Below are positions 23,176-36,100 of a DNA stretch of 64,000 nt, piece after piece. The notes under the pieces were generated by a model that was given only the letters and a program-made list of their open reading frames with translations, was not told the origin of the DNA and did not search any database. How positions within the stretch are numbered: position 1 is the first letter of the stretch; every line of letters starts with the position of its first letter. Source of the DNA: Phaeosaccion multiseriatum (taxonomy: Eukaryota > Protista > Ochrophyta, other classes); assembly GCA_965112735.1 (NCBI GenBank), contig OZ218954.1, positions 3,906,001 through 3,970,000 on the forward strand. Reading direction: 5' to 3'. The translations under genes and the position numbers were made by a program.

Positions 23176-26100
23176 CCTATCCCCCCTGTTTGCTGACCAG
23201 CCTCGGCCCGTGTGTGTGTGCTCACTCACACCCCCCCCTGCACCGCTCAGATATCGAGGATAGCGATTTCCTCCGAGCTGGGATGTCCTCTCCGCGATTT
23301 GCGAGCCGTGGACCCCACCTTCTCCGGAGGTAAGGAGGATAGCAGAGGAGGCCCCCCGGATAGAAGAGAGGGTAAGGAGGAGAGCAGAGGAGGCCGGATG
23401 GAAGAGAGGAGGCAGGAAGAAGGAGAGGAATGGAGTCATTTGGAAGGAGAAGAGGGGGCAGGATGGATGGAGGAGAGGAGGCAATACAGAGAGCTGTGAG
23501 TCAACGCGCTCGAATGACCAATTGACCGACCCTTCTCCTACGACTACCCCTTCCCCCTTCCCCCTTTCTTGCCTCCTTTGACCCATGCCACCACGTCACT
23601 TCTTCCTCCTCCAACTGCTACTCCTTCTACAACTGCTCGTCGTCCTCTACCCCCTCTTACTACTCCTTCTACTCCCTACTTACACTACCTACTACTACTA
23701 CAACTGCTGCTACTACTTCTCTTCTGCTACTTCTATTACTTCTGCTGCTGCTGCTACTACTATCATTACTACTACTACTCGCCATCCTCTTCCCTGTCAC
23801 TCACCCACCAGGCCAATACCCGGCCATTCTGTGCCGCAAGGAGGCCGTGATTCTGTCCCTGAGCGGCGTCAAGGCCGTGATCAAGAAGGACGAGATGCTC
23901 GCCTTCAGCCCCGACCACGCCCAGACCAGGACCCTCATCGCCACTGCCCGACACCAGGTAGGCAGGGATGGCAGTGGATGGGCAGTGTAGAGGTGTATGA
24001 ACAAGGCAGGAGACGCGTTGTAGGCGGCAGTGTGTGTGGGGAGGGTGGTGGCAGGGTAGAGGTATATGGGCACATTGGGCAGGTATAGCAGGGACCCAGT
24101 CGCCACGGCCTCCCCATGCGAAGTATGATGTACTTGACCCACGGCACGCACACTGTACGATACGGTGTCCACTTGGGTGCTTGTTTCCGTCCCAAGCTTC
24201 TGTGCCTGACCCTCTCCCTGGTGTGCATGCATGTGTGTGCGTGCGTGTGCAGCTCCCTTCGTCAGGCGGAGTGCCCTTCGAGCAGATCGCTCTGGAGGCG
24301 TGTCTTCAAGTCGTGTGTCAAGACCTGCGTACCAGGGCAGAGGCAGTGCTGGGCCCGCTGGGGGAGGTGAGAGGCGAGCGAGGGAGGGAGGGAAGGAGGG
24401 GGTCAGGGAAGAGAGCGAGAGGAAGGGAGGGAGGATGTGAGGGAAAAGAGAGAGGAAGGGAGGGAGGGGGTGAGGGAAGAGAGAGAGAGGGAGGGAGGGG
24501 GTGAGGGAAGAGAGAGAGAGGCAGGGAGGGAGGGGGTGAGGGAAGAGAGGAGGAGGAAGGGAGGGAGGGGGTGAGGGAACAGAGAGAGAGCGGAAGGGAG
24601 GGAGGACCGGACCGCTTGATATGCCTGCTCATGGCCTTCGCCCTTGCCCCTCTTCGTGTAGTGCAGAGGGGTGATGTGTGGTGTTATCGGCGGCAGAAGT
24701 AGCAGGAGCAGCTGTTCACGGCCAAAGCTCCCTCCCTCCCTCCCTCCCTCTCTCCTTCCCTCCCTCCCTCTTTCCTTCCCTCCCTCCCTCCTTCCCTCCC
24801 TCCCTCCCTCCCTCCCTCCTTCCCTCCCTCCCTCCCTCCCTCCTTCCCTCCCTCCCTCCCTCCCTCCATCCATCCCTCCCTCCCCCCCCCCCCCCTGTGC
24901 ATCTGTCCGTGCCCAGCTCATGGGCGGCATCAAGCTCGGAAGCTCTCTGGCCATCAATCTGGAGTCTCTGTTGCCCCTCAAGAACAACCTCGACGAGCTC
25001 CTCTTCTGCGTTAAGGAGGTGCGGAACGGACGGGGAGGGAGGGAGGGACGGACGGAGGGAGGGAGGGAAAGGGGGGAAGGCGTGACGGGTGAGGGTGGGA
25101 GAGAGGTGGGGAGGGACTCGTGGAACTGGAAGGCCTGGCTGGTCCTCGGTTTCTGGTCACGTGCACATGTGGGTGGCATCATGAGACCGCGTGGAATCAC
25201 CAGCCTCTGCATTCACACCACCACCTGCCCCCCCCTCTGCTCTCTCTCTCAGACCACCAACTGCTTGAACGACGTTCTGTCCAACGACGATGATATGGCA
25301 CGCATGTATCTGACAGAGGGGAGGAGGGAGGACGAGCACGAGGAGGTGGAGATGATGCTGGAGACGTATCACATGCAGGTACGTCAGGAACGAGGAGAAG
25401 GAACCGTCGGAGAGAGCTTCGACAAGGGTTGGTTGCGAAGGACCCCCTGTCCTGTCCCAGGGGTGTGGTGACTCACGCCGCTGCTCCTCTCCCTTTCGTT
25501 GCCTCGCTACCTCTCCTTCTCTTCCTCCCTCTCTCTCTCTCGCTCCCCTCCCTTCCCCCTCTCTTCCTCCCTCCCTCCCGTCCCTTCCCTCGTCCCTTCC
25601 CTCTGCCTCTCCCTCTCCTTTCTGCCCATATGCCTGCCCCCCTCCCTTGTGCCCGTATGCCTGTATGCCCGACAGCTGGAGATGCTTGCGGAGGACCTGC
25701 GCGAGGTGCAGACGATGGTGAAGAACACGGAGGACGTGGTGGAGATCAACCTCGACATGCTGCGGAACAGGATAATGAAGTACGACTTCTTCTTGAGTAA
25801 GTGCTTTGAGTGAGGGTATGTATGTGCATACCGTGGGGGTTGTTCTTGAACATGCTTTGGGTGAGGTGTCTGTGTGTATGCAGAGGGACAGAGGGGAACT
25901 TTTGTTGGGTGAGTGTCTGTGCTGTGCATGTAGGGTACGAGGGGGGCGGTTCTTTTGTTGAGCATCTCCAGCGGGGTGTCTGCAGGCATGCACATAGGGA
26001 TTCCTTGCGGCTGACTGCTGGGTGGAGCAAGTGGATGGAGCAAGTGGTTGGAGCAAGTGGAGTTGTTGTTGCTTGTTGGGTGCCTTCACTGTGTTATGCT

Positions 26101-26380
26101 GTCACGCACACACACACACACACACACACACATACTCACTTGATTTCTCTACTCTCTCTCTCTTTCTCTCTCGGCTGTGTACAACCAACCCGCCACAGAC
26201 GTGGCCGCGTTGTCCGTCACGTTTGGCGCCATGGTGACGGGGGTGTTCGGCATGAACCTCGTAAGTCACTGGGAAGAGTACCCCAATGCTTTTTGGAGCG
26301 TGACGGGCGGGATCTACCTCTTCATTATGGTGTCTTTGGCGCTGGCCTTTGCGAGGTTGCGATCCATTGACGTCCTGTAG
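21591..26380 (+). CDS. MRS2: MRS2/CorA-family magnesium transporter with long low-complexity N-terminus, possibly plastid-targeted
   Basis: Spliced motifs LRDLRAVDP, PAILCRKEAVILSL, PFEQIALEACL, LLPLKNNL, DDDMARMYLT, EEVEMMLETY, NTEDVVEINLDMLRNRIM. Two C-terminal TM helices with the GMN motif (GVFGMNL); TAG at 26378-26380. Confidence 0.92.
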
Positions 26381-27409
26381 AGAGAGAGAGAGAGAGAGAC
26401 AGAGAGAGAGGGCCCTCAGCCCCAAGCGCAGGTGGGAGGAGGGGGTGCTTTATCTCTCCGCTCCATGGGAACAGGGGCGAGACCCCTCCCTCTGTGGTAG
26501 TGGTGGGAATGTATCTGGGAGCTCTCAACCACCCAGGCGTCCACCAACCCATGCGGCAGTAGAGCGGTATTGTAGTGGGAGGAGTGAGCTCCATTGAGAA
26601 GCTGGGCGCAGAGCTTGGCGATACTTCGGGGGTTCTTCCGGTCTCAGGTTGGTCGGAAGACTTCATGACCCATTCAACCTGCGAACAATACGAACCCTGA
26701 GTTACGCCCAGCTCTTTTTCTAGCCTCTCAATGGAGCTCACTCCTACTACACCACCACCCCTACACCTGTATCAGAGTACTGAAGTGAGGAGCTGCCCAC
26801 TGTGCCTATCGGTTGCTGCGGTTCTTAGCGACCTCACGGAGAGCCCCAAGCTGGCATGGAGACAAGGGGAGGGTGGGTGGGTGGGTGTTTCCTATTCTTA
26901 CCGGCCACGAGACCGAAGCCCTTCTGTCCGCCCCGCAGCCGAGAGCTGGGCAGAGGAGAGAAAGAAGGCAGAGGAGGGGGGCCTCGTCTTTCGTCTTCGT
27001 ATCGGCGGGGCCGCAGAAGGAGGAGGTGGCGGAGCATCTGCTGGTCTGGGCCCAGGGCTTAGCGTTTCGCCAAAAGAAGGGACTTATTTAGTTAAATAGC
27101 GAGGCGCTGAGTTAGGAGTGTGCAAAGCCATAGATGAGGCTTTCTGTGAAGCTCACCATGTGGTAATTCGATACGTGTGCGAGCCTGCCTTGGATATACT
27201 CGGCCGAGCCTCCACCCCCTTCATTGTATCGAGACACTAAGTAGGCTACGCAACCATGAGGACGGCGATGAAAGTCTCTCGTACGGGAGGCACATTGCCC
27301 CGGAGGCCTCTGGGAAATCTGAAGGCCTTCATTTGTTCTCCAGGGGGGCCACCCCAAAGAGGCCTTAGTCTGCCATGCGTCAACAACTGCCTTCGCTCCG
27401 CAACCCCTC

Positions 27410-28495
27410 TCAGTCCAGGCAGTCGCAGGGGTGGCCATTGGCGTGCACCCACTGCTTAATCTCCTCAAAGGTTTCGCCACGTATGTCCCACTCATCGTCG
27501 CCGAACAATCCCGCGTGTAGTTCACTGTCCCTGATTCTTTGTGGGCACGACATTTCGTCCCACGGGCACTGCACCTCCTCTGACCGGAGCCATTTGAGTA
27601 TCGCCAAGCTCTTGGCCTTCATGACTGCATCACAACAGATCGACTCGTTCCAACGGCATAGGTGGCGGGCATTGGCATGGAGGAACTGCAATGTCCCAAT
27701 GTTGCCATTGACAGCAGCGCACCATGCCCCCGCTCGCCACCTCCCGTCGCGATCCTCTTGGATCAAAGCTCTCGTGCGAGGATGATTGAGCAAATACTCC
27801 ACGATGAGTATAGACCCCTTGCTACAAGCATCGTTCCAGCTTTGGCTGAGGAAGGGAGCACTCCCTTCCTCCGACAGAAGCCATTTCACCATCTTCAGAT
27901 TCCCTCCACATGCGGCCCATCCACACATGTAGTCATGCCATGGACACCTCTCCTTGTCGGGAAGATCTTCGGATCGTAGCCATTGGAGGACACTCAGGCC
28001 ATGCTGCTCGTTGAACAACGTTTCCCGGCACACGTCTGCATTCCAGGGGCAGTCCTTGCCATGAAGAGCCTTGCAGACCTCGACATCCCCATGCTTGGCA
28101 GCAGCCCGGAAGACGTTCAAAGTGAGCTCCAGGGGAGGGATCGCCCATCTCACGCACTCCACGGAGCTGACCACAGACGACAAGTTCGTCTTCAAGGCTG
28201 GGTACAATTGGGTGTAGCGGGTCTTCCACTCTTTACTCGTACCAGCCAAAAAGAGGAAGTGCCCCTCCCCCATGTACTGCAAGATGACGTACATCAGCTA
28301 AATATTCGTCAAGACCTTGTGGCAAGCTTCAAAGCCCTCGTTCACTGGTCCTTCTCCTCCTTCTTCGCACGCGGCAGACCCTCCATCCTCGCTTGACTCA
28401 GCATCACCTTCTCTTTCAGAGTCCGATGGAGGCGCGCTTCCAGACTTGTATCTATTCGCCGTGCCCTCGTCTTGCCCCTCTCTAGTGTGCTGCAT
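27410..28495 (-). pseudogene. Intronless ankyrin-like (CPW-repeat) protein with an in-frame TAG near its N-terminus
   Basis: Repeats AAKHGDVEVCKALHGKDCPW, AACGGNLKMVKWL, AAVNGNIGTLQFLH, ILKWLRSEEVQCPWDE. The upstream ORF continues in frame as VLTNI*LMYVILQY (TAG at 28300-28298). Confidence 0.7.
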
Positions 28496-28948
28496 GGACT
28501 CCCCCACCTCCTTTTGCTCTTGCCTAGCACCTCGTATCCTTTCTTCCACCTTCCTTCCACCCCTACCTCCCCCTCATCAGCGAGACCCGTCAGGTTAAGC
28601 CTAGGGGGGAGGTGGAAATTGTGGCTCTGCGGCGGCGGCGGCGGCGGCGGCGGCTGCTTCTGCTGCTGTCGCTTTCTTTCTTCTGCTGCTGCTATGGTCC
28701 CTGTAGCAAGTCACGCTCAATATCTGTGATTCCTGGAGCACCAATACACGAACTTGCTGACGTAACGGAAAAAGGGGGAAAACATAAAGTATCTCAAGAA
28801 CAAGTGCCCGGTTATCTCCCCTCAGCCATTCATGTATGGGTCCACAGCCACAGCAGCGAGGGAGGGGAAGGGAGATCAAGATTGGGTGGGGGGAACGGGT
28901 ACACGTGGACAGCGAAAGGGGTGGAAGCACGTGGATCTAGAGGCAGCC

Positions 28949-29549
28949 ATGGGCCGCGAAGAGGGAGAAGAGGAGGGGGAGGATGGAACGGGAGAGGAGC
29001 AAGATGCCCACCACCATGTGCCTCCGCTCAGCCCGCCTCCGCGATTGCCGGAGTCTAGCGTGTCGAGAGAGAGCCTCTGCACCGAGGGCACGGATGGCCT
29101 CAGCGCTTCGGAAGGGAGCAGCGAAGACGAGCGTGACGACTACGAAGGGGGGAGTGCCGATAGAAGAAGGAGCACGGAGGCCAGGAGGATCCCTTCCAGC
29201 AGCAGGAAGAGCAGGACCAATGACCGAGGAAGGAGAGTAAGCAGCCCCGATAACGCCCATCTAGATGGAGGAGAAGAAGCAGAGCAGGGCTTAGGCGGAG
29301 GAGGTAAAGGATGGGGGCAAACGGGGGCTGCACTAAGAGAAGACGGTAGCAACCACAAGAGGGCCCTAAGAAGGGGCAAGTATAGCCGCTGTGCCTCCTC
29401 TGTGGCCCCGCTTTCCGGGTGCACCTGGCCCGATGACGAATCAGATTGTATTTCCACGGTGACGCCCTCCCCGGCCACGGCCGTATTATTCTCCAATGGC
29501 CGAGACGAGAAGAGCACAGGAGGGGAGTGCAAGCCCTGCCCCATGATAG
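28949..29549 (+). CDS. Possible exon of an unknown low-complexity protein
   Basis: 200-codon open frame ending at a GTGAG donor; no recognisable domain. Confidence 0.25.
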
Positions 29550-31436
29550 GTGAGTGCGTGCGCAACCGGTCTGCCTCTGTCTCTCCTGCTCAAAAGCTGT
29601 CATTCCCCTCCACTCCGAACCCTCCCTTACTACTCACGCCATTTTGAGAGACCTCTGTGTCTCCCGCCCCTGCCCCACGCCCTCACCATTCACATGCCTA
29701 GCATTTCTGCCTCCACTCCCCTCTCTTCATGTGCTCTATCCACCCCGCCGCCGCCCTCAGCTACGGCCGTTGTGGTCTTCTTCGTTGTGCTTTGGTCGTA
29801 CGTGCCTGCTCTCTTCTGAAGCGGAAGGCAAGGGGGCAAGGCAAGGCAAGACCTCTTCAAAAGGGCAGGGAAAGGCAAGGAAGAGGGTCGTGGCTCGATT
29901 GTGAGGGGCGTACTACGGGTGCGGGGTGAGGCCAAGTACAGTAGGCACACGAGTAATGTGGCAAATTCCACACTACGTGCGGCCCGCGGGCGTCAAGGCC
30001 TGCCTTATTCACCGCTTCTGCGCTACATCTTATGCAGCTACCCTTTGGCTAAGGGCGTAAAGCACCAATGTCTGTACAAGCTCTGGCTACCCTCTCATCC
30101 CAACCCAACGTCGTCGCTCCGGCCTTTCTGAGTCCAGCAGCGCATCCCTTCTCACTCAATGGTGCCCGTGGAATCGCTTGGGCAGCTGCACTTCATCCCC
30201 CATACTCAGCATCCTTCTCTTTCTGGAGGCACGACGGCGGCTGTGCTCCTCCTCTCCTTGAGCGCTGTCTCTCTCCTCGGCCTCCTTCCTGCTGATGCGC
30301 GCATGCCTCGTGCACATCCCGTTGAGCTTCCCTCTCTGCGCCTGCTTATCACACTCGCCAACAGGCAGATCTTCACCTGTGCCCCTTGGGAGACGCAGAC
30401 ACCTTCTTTGATCACCTGCTTTTAGCACCCTTCCACAGGATCTTGGTCGCCAGAGGCCTCCGCGGGATTGGCCTCCCGCTCGAGAGACTTTGTCCCCATT
30501 CCCTCAACTCAAAGAATATCACTCAGGTATTTGAATGGTGGCGTAGCCTAGCGTCTTCATACAAAGAAAGGAAGAGGCGGTTCGGCTGGGTGTCGCCAAG
30601 GCGTGCATAGCTGGTGCGCAAGTGGGGCGGAGGGAGAAGCAACCAGCTGTGTAACAGGAGTCTCAAAGAGCGAGGCGGAGAAGGAGCGAGTCGACGAAGG
30701 CCGGCGGAGCGATGGGTAGTACAAGCCAGCCAGTCTTGCGGAGTGAGGAAGGGGCGGCAGATACATACGCTGTGGAAAGGGGGCATGGTCTTTGATACAC
30801 AATCTCCCCCGACTGAGTGCCCATAGTCAGGAGACATGGAGGCGGCGCTGCGAAGGATTGCTTCAGAAGCGCTCTCACAACCTACTAGAAAGGGCACTCT
30901 CTGGCCTCAGCGCGACAGGTCTCTCACATTGAAAGCAAACACACACGAAAACGGGTTATTTCTTCGTCGCTTTCATTCTTTCCTTACTGTCTTGGCCTAT
31001 CACTCGCACCTGTGGGCTGCAACATACTATTGTTGTTCGAAGAAGGGTGGTGGTACGAGTAGTGATTTGAGCGGCTGGTCTTGACTGTGCCATCGCCCTC
31101 CACCCCCCCCTAGCTAATGAAGCACCCGGATACCCTACAAGTTCCAGCCAAAGTATCATGATCTGTGTCGCAATTGCGCCTCGCCAGTCGAGAGGAGCGG
31201 ACTGTAAGGGTATCGAAAGAGAAGCGCGTTGCAACAGGCGGCCCGCCAAAAAATCCCTACGAAGCCCCAACTGCCCAAAATGTGCGCCGCGCTAGTGTTG
31301 CCGTGCTGTCCAGAATCGAGTAACCATGTTGCGGCTGATGAGCAGGAGCCTGGGCGGCGGCTGGCAGCTCAAAAACAAACCACAACACCAACCAAGGACT
31401 ACTACATCCCGCCTCAAGACCAGCACCAAGGACATC

Positions 31437-32076
31437 ATGCGTTTCTCCTTCTTCGGCACCGCCCTCCTGGCCTTCCTCGCCATCACCAACCAGGCCACCG
31501 CCAAGATCGGGGAGCCCGCCAGCGACGAGTTGAAGAAACGCGAGCTCACGGGGTCGGTCCCTGTGGCGCCCGCCCCCTGGACTTCCCCTCCCCCAACCAA
31601 GCCCGACAAGCCCGGAAAGAACGTGAGCCACGACTCCTCGAAGGGGGACAGCTACGACTGCTCCTCGGACAGCAGCAGCAGCAGCAGCAGCGGCAGCAGC
31701 AGCAGCGACTCTTCCAGCTCCGACAGCTCGAAGGGGAAGAGGGGAAAGGTGAGCTACTGACGTTTTGTTCCCCTATCCTTCCCCTACAACGTGTTGGCTC
31801 TACTCATGACCCTTTCTCTCCTCTCCTCACTCTCACTCTTCTTCGATCCCTCTCCTCTCCCCCCCTCGCTTGTCTGTCGCTTGTCTCTCGCTCGCAGAGG
31901 GGTAGGGGGAAGGGCAAGGGCAAGGACAAGGGGAGGGGCAACAAGGGCAAGGGCAAGGGTAAGGGGAGGGGCAACAAGGGCAAGGGGAAGGGGAGGGGCA
32001 AGGGCAAGGGGAAGGGGGGGGCAAGGGGAGGGGCAAGGGCAAGGGTAAGGGCAGGACGGGAAGGGGCAAATATTGA
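31437..32076 (+). CDS. Secreted Ser-rich, Lys/Gly-rich protein A (silaffin-like family)
   Basis: Exon 31437-31748: signal peptide MRFSFFGTALLAFLAITNQATA, KKREL, WTSPPPTKP, poly-Ser/Asp, SSKGKRGK. Exon from 31898: RGRGKGKGKDKG.... Paralog B suggests an end of GRGKY* at 32076; as sequenced, a G run at ~32014-32021 shifts the stop to 32119. Confidence 0.8.
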
Positions 32077-33134
32077 AGCGGAACATCGCAGCGTAGCGTA
32101 TGCTCTATTTATGGAATAAAGTTTTGGAACGAAAGTCTTTATTCCATTGGCCCTGCTCTGGGCTGGTGGTCCCTTTGTCTCAAGCTGGGAGCTGTCAGCT
32201 CAGAGCCCCACCAGCCGATGCGCAGCTCTACAGCCCACCGCCGTAACCAGATAGACTGCTTCGTGAACTGTTGAGCCCCGATGGCCCGTGCATCTCCAGA
32301 CCCTGACCCACCGGCCTGCCCGTATGGCACTAACAATCGTGACGGACAAGCTACGGACTAGAGAGGGCGGGCAGAGAAAAGTCGTGGTTCGAAAGGCGCA
32401 GACTCTTCCTTCCTACCTCTCTCTGATGCAGCGAGAGAGCCCTATGAAGCAGCCCGCCCGGGGGAGAGCCCAGAGTCAGGACAGTCGGAAGAATAGTGCT
32501 AGGAAGGAATGCCGAAAAGAGAGATTGATAAGAAGGCGAGTGGGCAGGCAGGTCCGCTCCTTGATCACTCGCACCCGAAGAGGCTCAGTGAAAGCGAAGG
32601 AGAAAGGATGCTGGCGCGTATCGCCTGGCCTTTGATTTGCAACTGTCGGGCTGGTATCGGGTGGGCGCTCACCATTGCTCTTCACCTGTACCATCGCCGC
32701 TCTATCCCTCCCACCCACGTCAGTCAACATTCGGGTGCCCCAGGAAGCAAGGCCGCCCCGTGAGCGAAAATGCCATGACCTGTGTTCGAGATTGCATTCC
32801 ACCAGAGGAGGGGCGGTCGGACGAGAGGCGGCGCGTCGAGCAGGCGGCAGCCAAAAAGCAGAAAGCAGGAAGCAGCAGCGCAGTCGAGGAGGGTACATTT
32901 GGCGGGGGAGATGCCTTCCAGGGACATGGGATGGGACAGGCACAGGCATATCTCATCACAAGGGTTTGCTTAGCCCTGTGATTCTCGAAGCCCCAACTGC
33001 CCATGACGGTGAAGCGTTATTGTTGCTGTTCAGAAAAACGAATAATTGCGGCTGATGAGCAGGAGCATAGAGGCTCAAAAACAAACTGGACGAAAGCAAA
33101 GACTACAGCTTACGTGAGAAACATCGTGAGCACC

Positions 33135-36100
33135 ATGCGTGCCTCCTTCTTCGGCACCGCCCTCCTGGCCTTCCTAGCCGTCAGCCAGGCCACCTCCGAG
33201 AACGACAAGCCCCCGAACGACGAGCGGACGGATCGTGAGGTTCCTGAAGCCAGGATGCTGAAGTCCCGGTGGAGCCGGTACTGGTCCAGCCCCACTCCCG
33301 CGCCTGTCTGGACAGGGGCTACCCCGATGCCCACCACGAAGGTTAGAGAGCCCTGCCTTGAGAGACGCCGTGCTTGTCGTGTTATGTGAAGTCCACCCAA
33401 TAGTGCTCTCCTCATGTAGCGCCCGCCTGCGGTTCCTTCCTCCTCACCTCGCTCCAATTCGCTCCGCCGTCCACAAGCCCACGGAGCCTCCTACGTACGC
33501 ACCCACGCCCGCGCCAACGTGGATGGCCCCGCCCGTGCCTACGCCCCAGCCTACTTGGACGGACGCTCCGACCCCCGCCCCGACTACGGAGGTAGGTAAC
33601 CTCAGCAAATCAGAGGAAGAAAGCGGACTTGCTGCTAGCCTCCTCTTCCCTTGCTCTGCTTCTTCCTTTCGTCGGCGTTGCTCCGCATCATTCCCGTCCT
33701 TCCTTCGCGTGCTCGCTCCTTCAGCCACAGCCCACGATGGTTCCTACGGACGCTCCGACCCCCGCCCCGACTACGGATGTAGGTAACCTCAGCAAATCAG
33801 AGGAAGAAAGCGGACTTGCTGCTAGCCTCCTCTTCCCTTGCTCTGCTTCTTCCTTTCGTCGGCGTTGCTCCGCATCATTCCCGTCCTTCCTTCGCGTTCT
33901 CGCTCCTTCACCCACAGCCCACGATGGTTCCTACGGACGCTCCGACCCCCGCCCCGACTACGGATGTAGGTAACCTCAGCAAATCAGAGGAAGAAAGCGG
34001 ACTTGCTGCTAGCCTCGCTCTTCCCTTGCTCTGCTTCTTCCTTTCGTCGGCGTTGCTCCGCATCATTCCCGTCCTTCCTTCGCGTTCTCGCTCCTTCACC
34101 CACAGCCCACGATGGTTCCTACGGACGCTCCGACCCCCGCCCCGACTACGGATGTAGGTAACCTCAGCAAATCAGAGGAAGAAAGCGGACTTGCTGCTAG
34201 CCTCGCTCTTCCCTTGCTCTGCTTCTTCCTTTCGTCGGCGTTGCTCCGCATCATTCCCGTCCTTCCTTCGCGTGCTCGCTCCTTCACCCACAGCCCACGA
34301 TGGTTCCTACGGACGCTCCTACCCCCGCGCCTACGACCAAGCCAGTCTGGACAGCCGCACCTACGCCCGCCCCCACCATGAAGGTAAGGAATCTCAGTAG
34401 TCATGGGCAGTCCGCTGTGCCAGTCGACTTCATGTGATCGGCCCGTTTGAGCTCTACGCTCCCCGCTAAGCCTCGCTCTTCCGCTGCTCTGCTCGCTCCG
34501 TGTGCGGCCCTACATCACTCCCTTGCTCGCTTCCCCACCCACAGCCCACGAGGGCTCCTACGGATGCTCCTACCCCCGCCCCGACGATGAAGGTAAGCAA
34601 TCTCAGCAGTCATCGGCAGTCCGCTGTGCCCGTCGACCTCATGTGATCGTCCCGTTTGAGCTCTACGCTCCCCGCTAAGCTCACGCGTCTCTCACCCCTT
34701 GCTCCACTTCATGTCCGCCCTTCCTTCCCTTGCTCGCTTCCCCACCCACAGCCCACGAGGGCTCCTACGGACGCACCTACCCCCGCCCCGACGATGAAGG
34801 TAAGCCATCTCAGCAGTCATGGGCAGTCTGCTGTGCCCGTCGAGCTCATGTGATCGGCCCGTTCGAGCTCTACCCTCCCCGCTAGTCCTTTTACCCCTTG
34901 CCCCACTTCATTTCTGACTTTCTTCCCTTGCTCGCTTCCCCACCCACAGCCCACGAGGGCTCCTACTGATGCACCTACTCCCGCCCCGACGATGAAGGTG
35001 AGTAATCTCAGCAGTCAGGGGCAGTCTGCTGTGCCCGTCGACCTCATGTGATCGGCCCGTTTCAGCTCTACGCTCCCCGCTGAGCCTCACGCGTCTCTTA
35101 CCCCTTGCTCCACTTCATGTCCGCCCTTCCTTCCCTTGCTCGCTTCCCCACCCACAGCCCACGAGGGCTCCTACGGACGCACCTACCCCCGCCCCGACGA
35201 TGAAGGTAAGCCATCTCAGCAGTCATGGGCAGTCTGCTGTGCCCGTCGAGCTCATGTGATCGGCCCGTTCGAGCTCTACCCTCCCCGCTAGTCCTTTTAC
35301 CCCTTGCTCCACTTCATGTCTTACTTTCTTCCCGTGCTCGCTTCCCCACCCACAGCCCACGAGGGCTCCTACGGATGCACCTACCCCCGCCCCCACCATG
35401 AAGGTAAGCAATCTCAGCAGTCGAGTGTGTACGACCGGTCTCTGTCCTACACTCCCTGCTAAGCCTCGCTACTCCGTGTGCGGCCCCGATCATTCCCGGG
35501 CTCTCTCCTTCACCCACAGCCCACTATGGCTCCTACGGAGGCACCTACTCCCGCCCCGACGATGAAGGTGAGCAATCTCAGCAGTCGCTGGTGGCGTGCT
35601 TTGCCCATCGAGCGAGTGTGTCCGACGGTGTTTGCACTGCACTCCCTGCTAAGTCTCGCTCTTCCCCTTCTCTGCTCGCTCCGTGTGCGGCCCCGCATCA
35701 TTCCCGGACTCTCTCCTTCACCCACAGCCCACGAGGGCTCCTACGGAGGCACCTACTCCCGCCCCGACGATGAAGGTGAGCAATCTCAGCAGTCGCTGGT
35801 AGCGTGCTGTGCCCATCGAGCGAGTGTGTCCGACGGTGTTTGCACTGCACTCCCTGCTAAGTCTCGCTCTTCTGCTGGTCTGCTCGCTCCGTGTGCGGCC
35901 CCGCATCATTCCCGGACTCTCTCCTTCACCCACAGCCCACGATGGCTCCTACGGAGGCACCTACTCCCGCCCCGACCATGAAGGTGAGCAATCTCAGCAG
36001 TCGAGTGTGCACGACCAGTGTTTGTACTGCACTCCCTGCTAAGTCTCGCTCTTCCGCTGGTCTGCTCGCTCCGTGTCTCGCCGCTACCCCGCATCATTCC

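Noticed and set aside
26590-27400. Exon-like fragments between MRS2 and the ankyrin-like gene
   Set aside because: No coherent ORF or family motif could be supported.
27410-28549. Endogenous giant-virus insertion
   Set aside because: Only one ankyrin-like gene; no viral core genes or gene-dense intronless block nearby.
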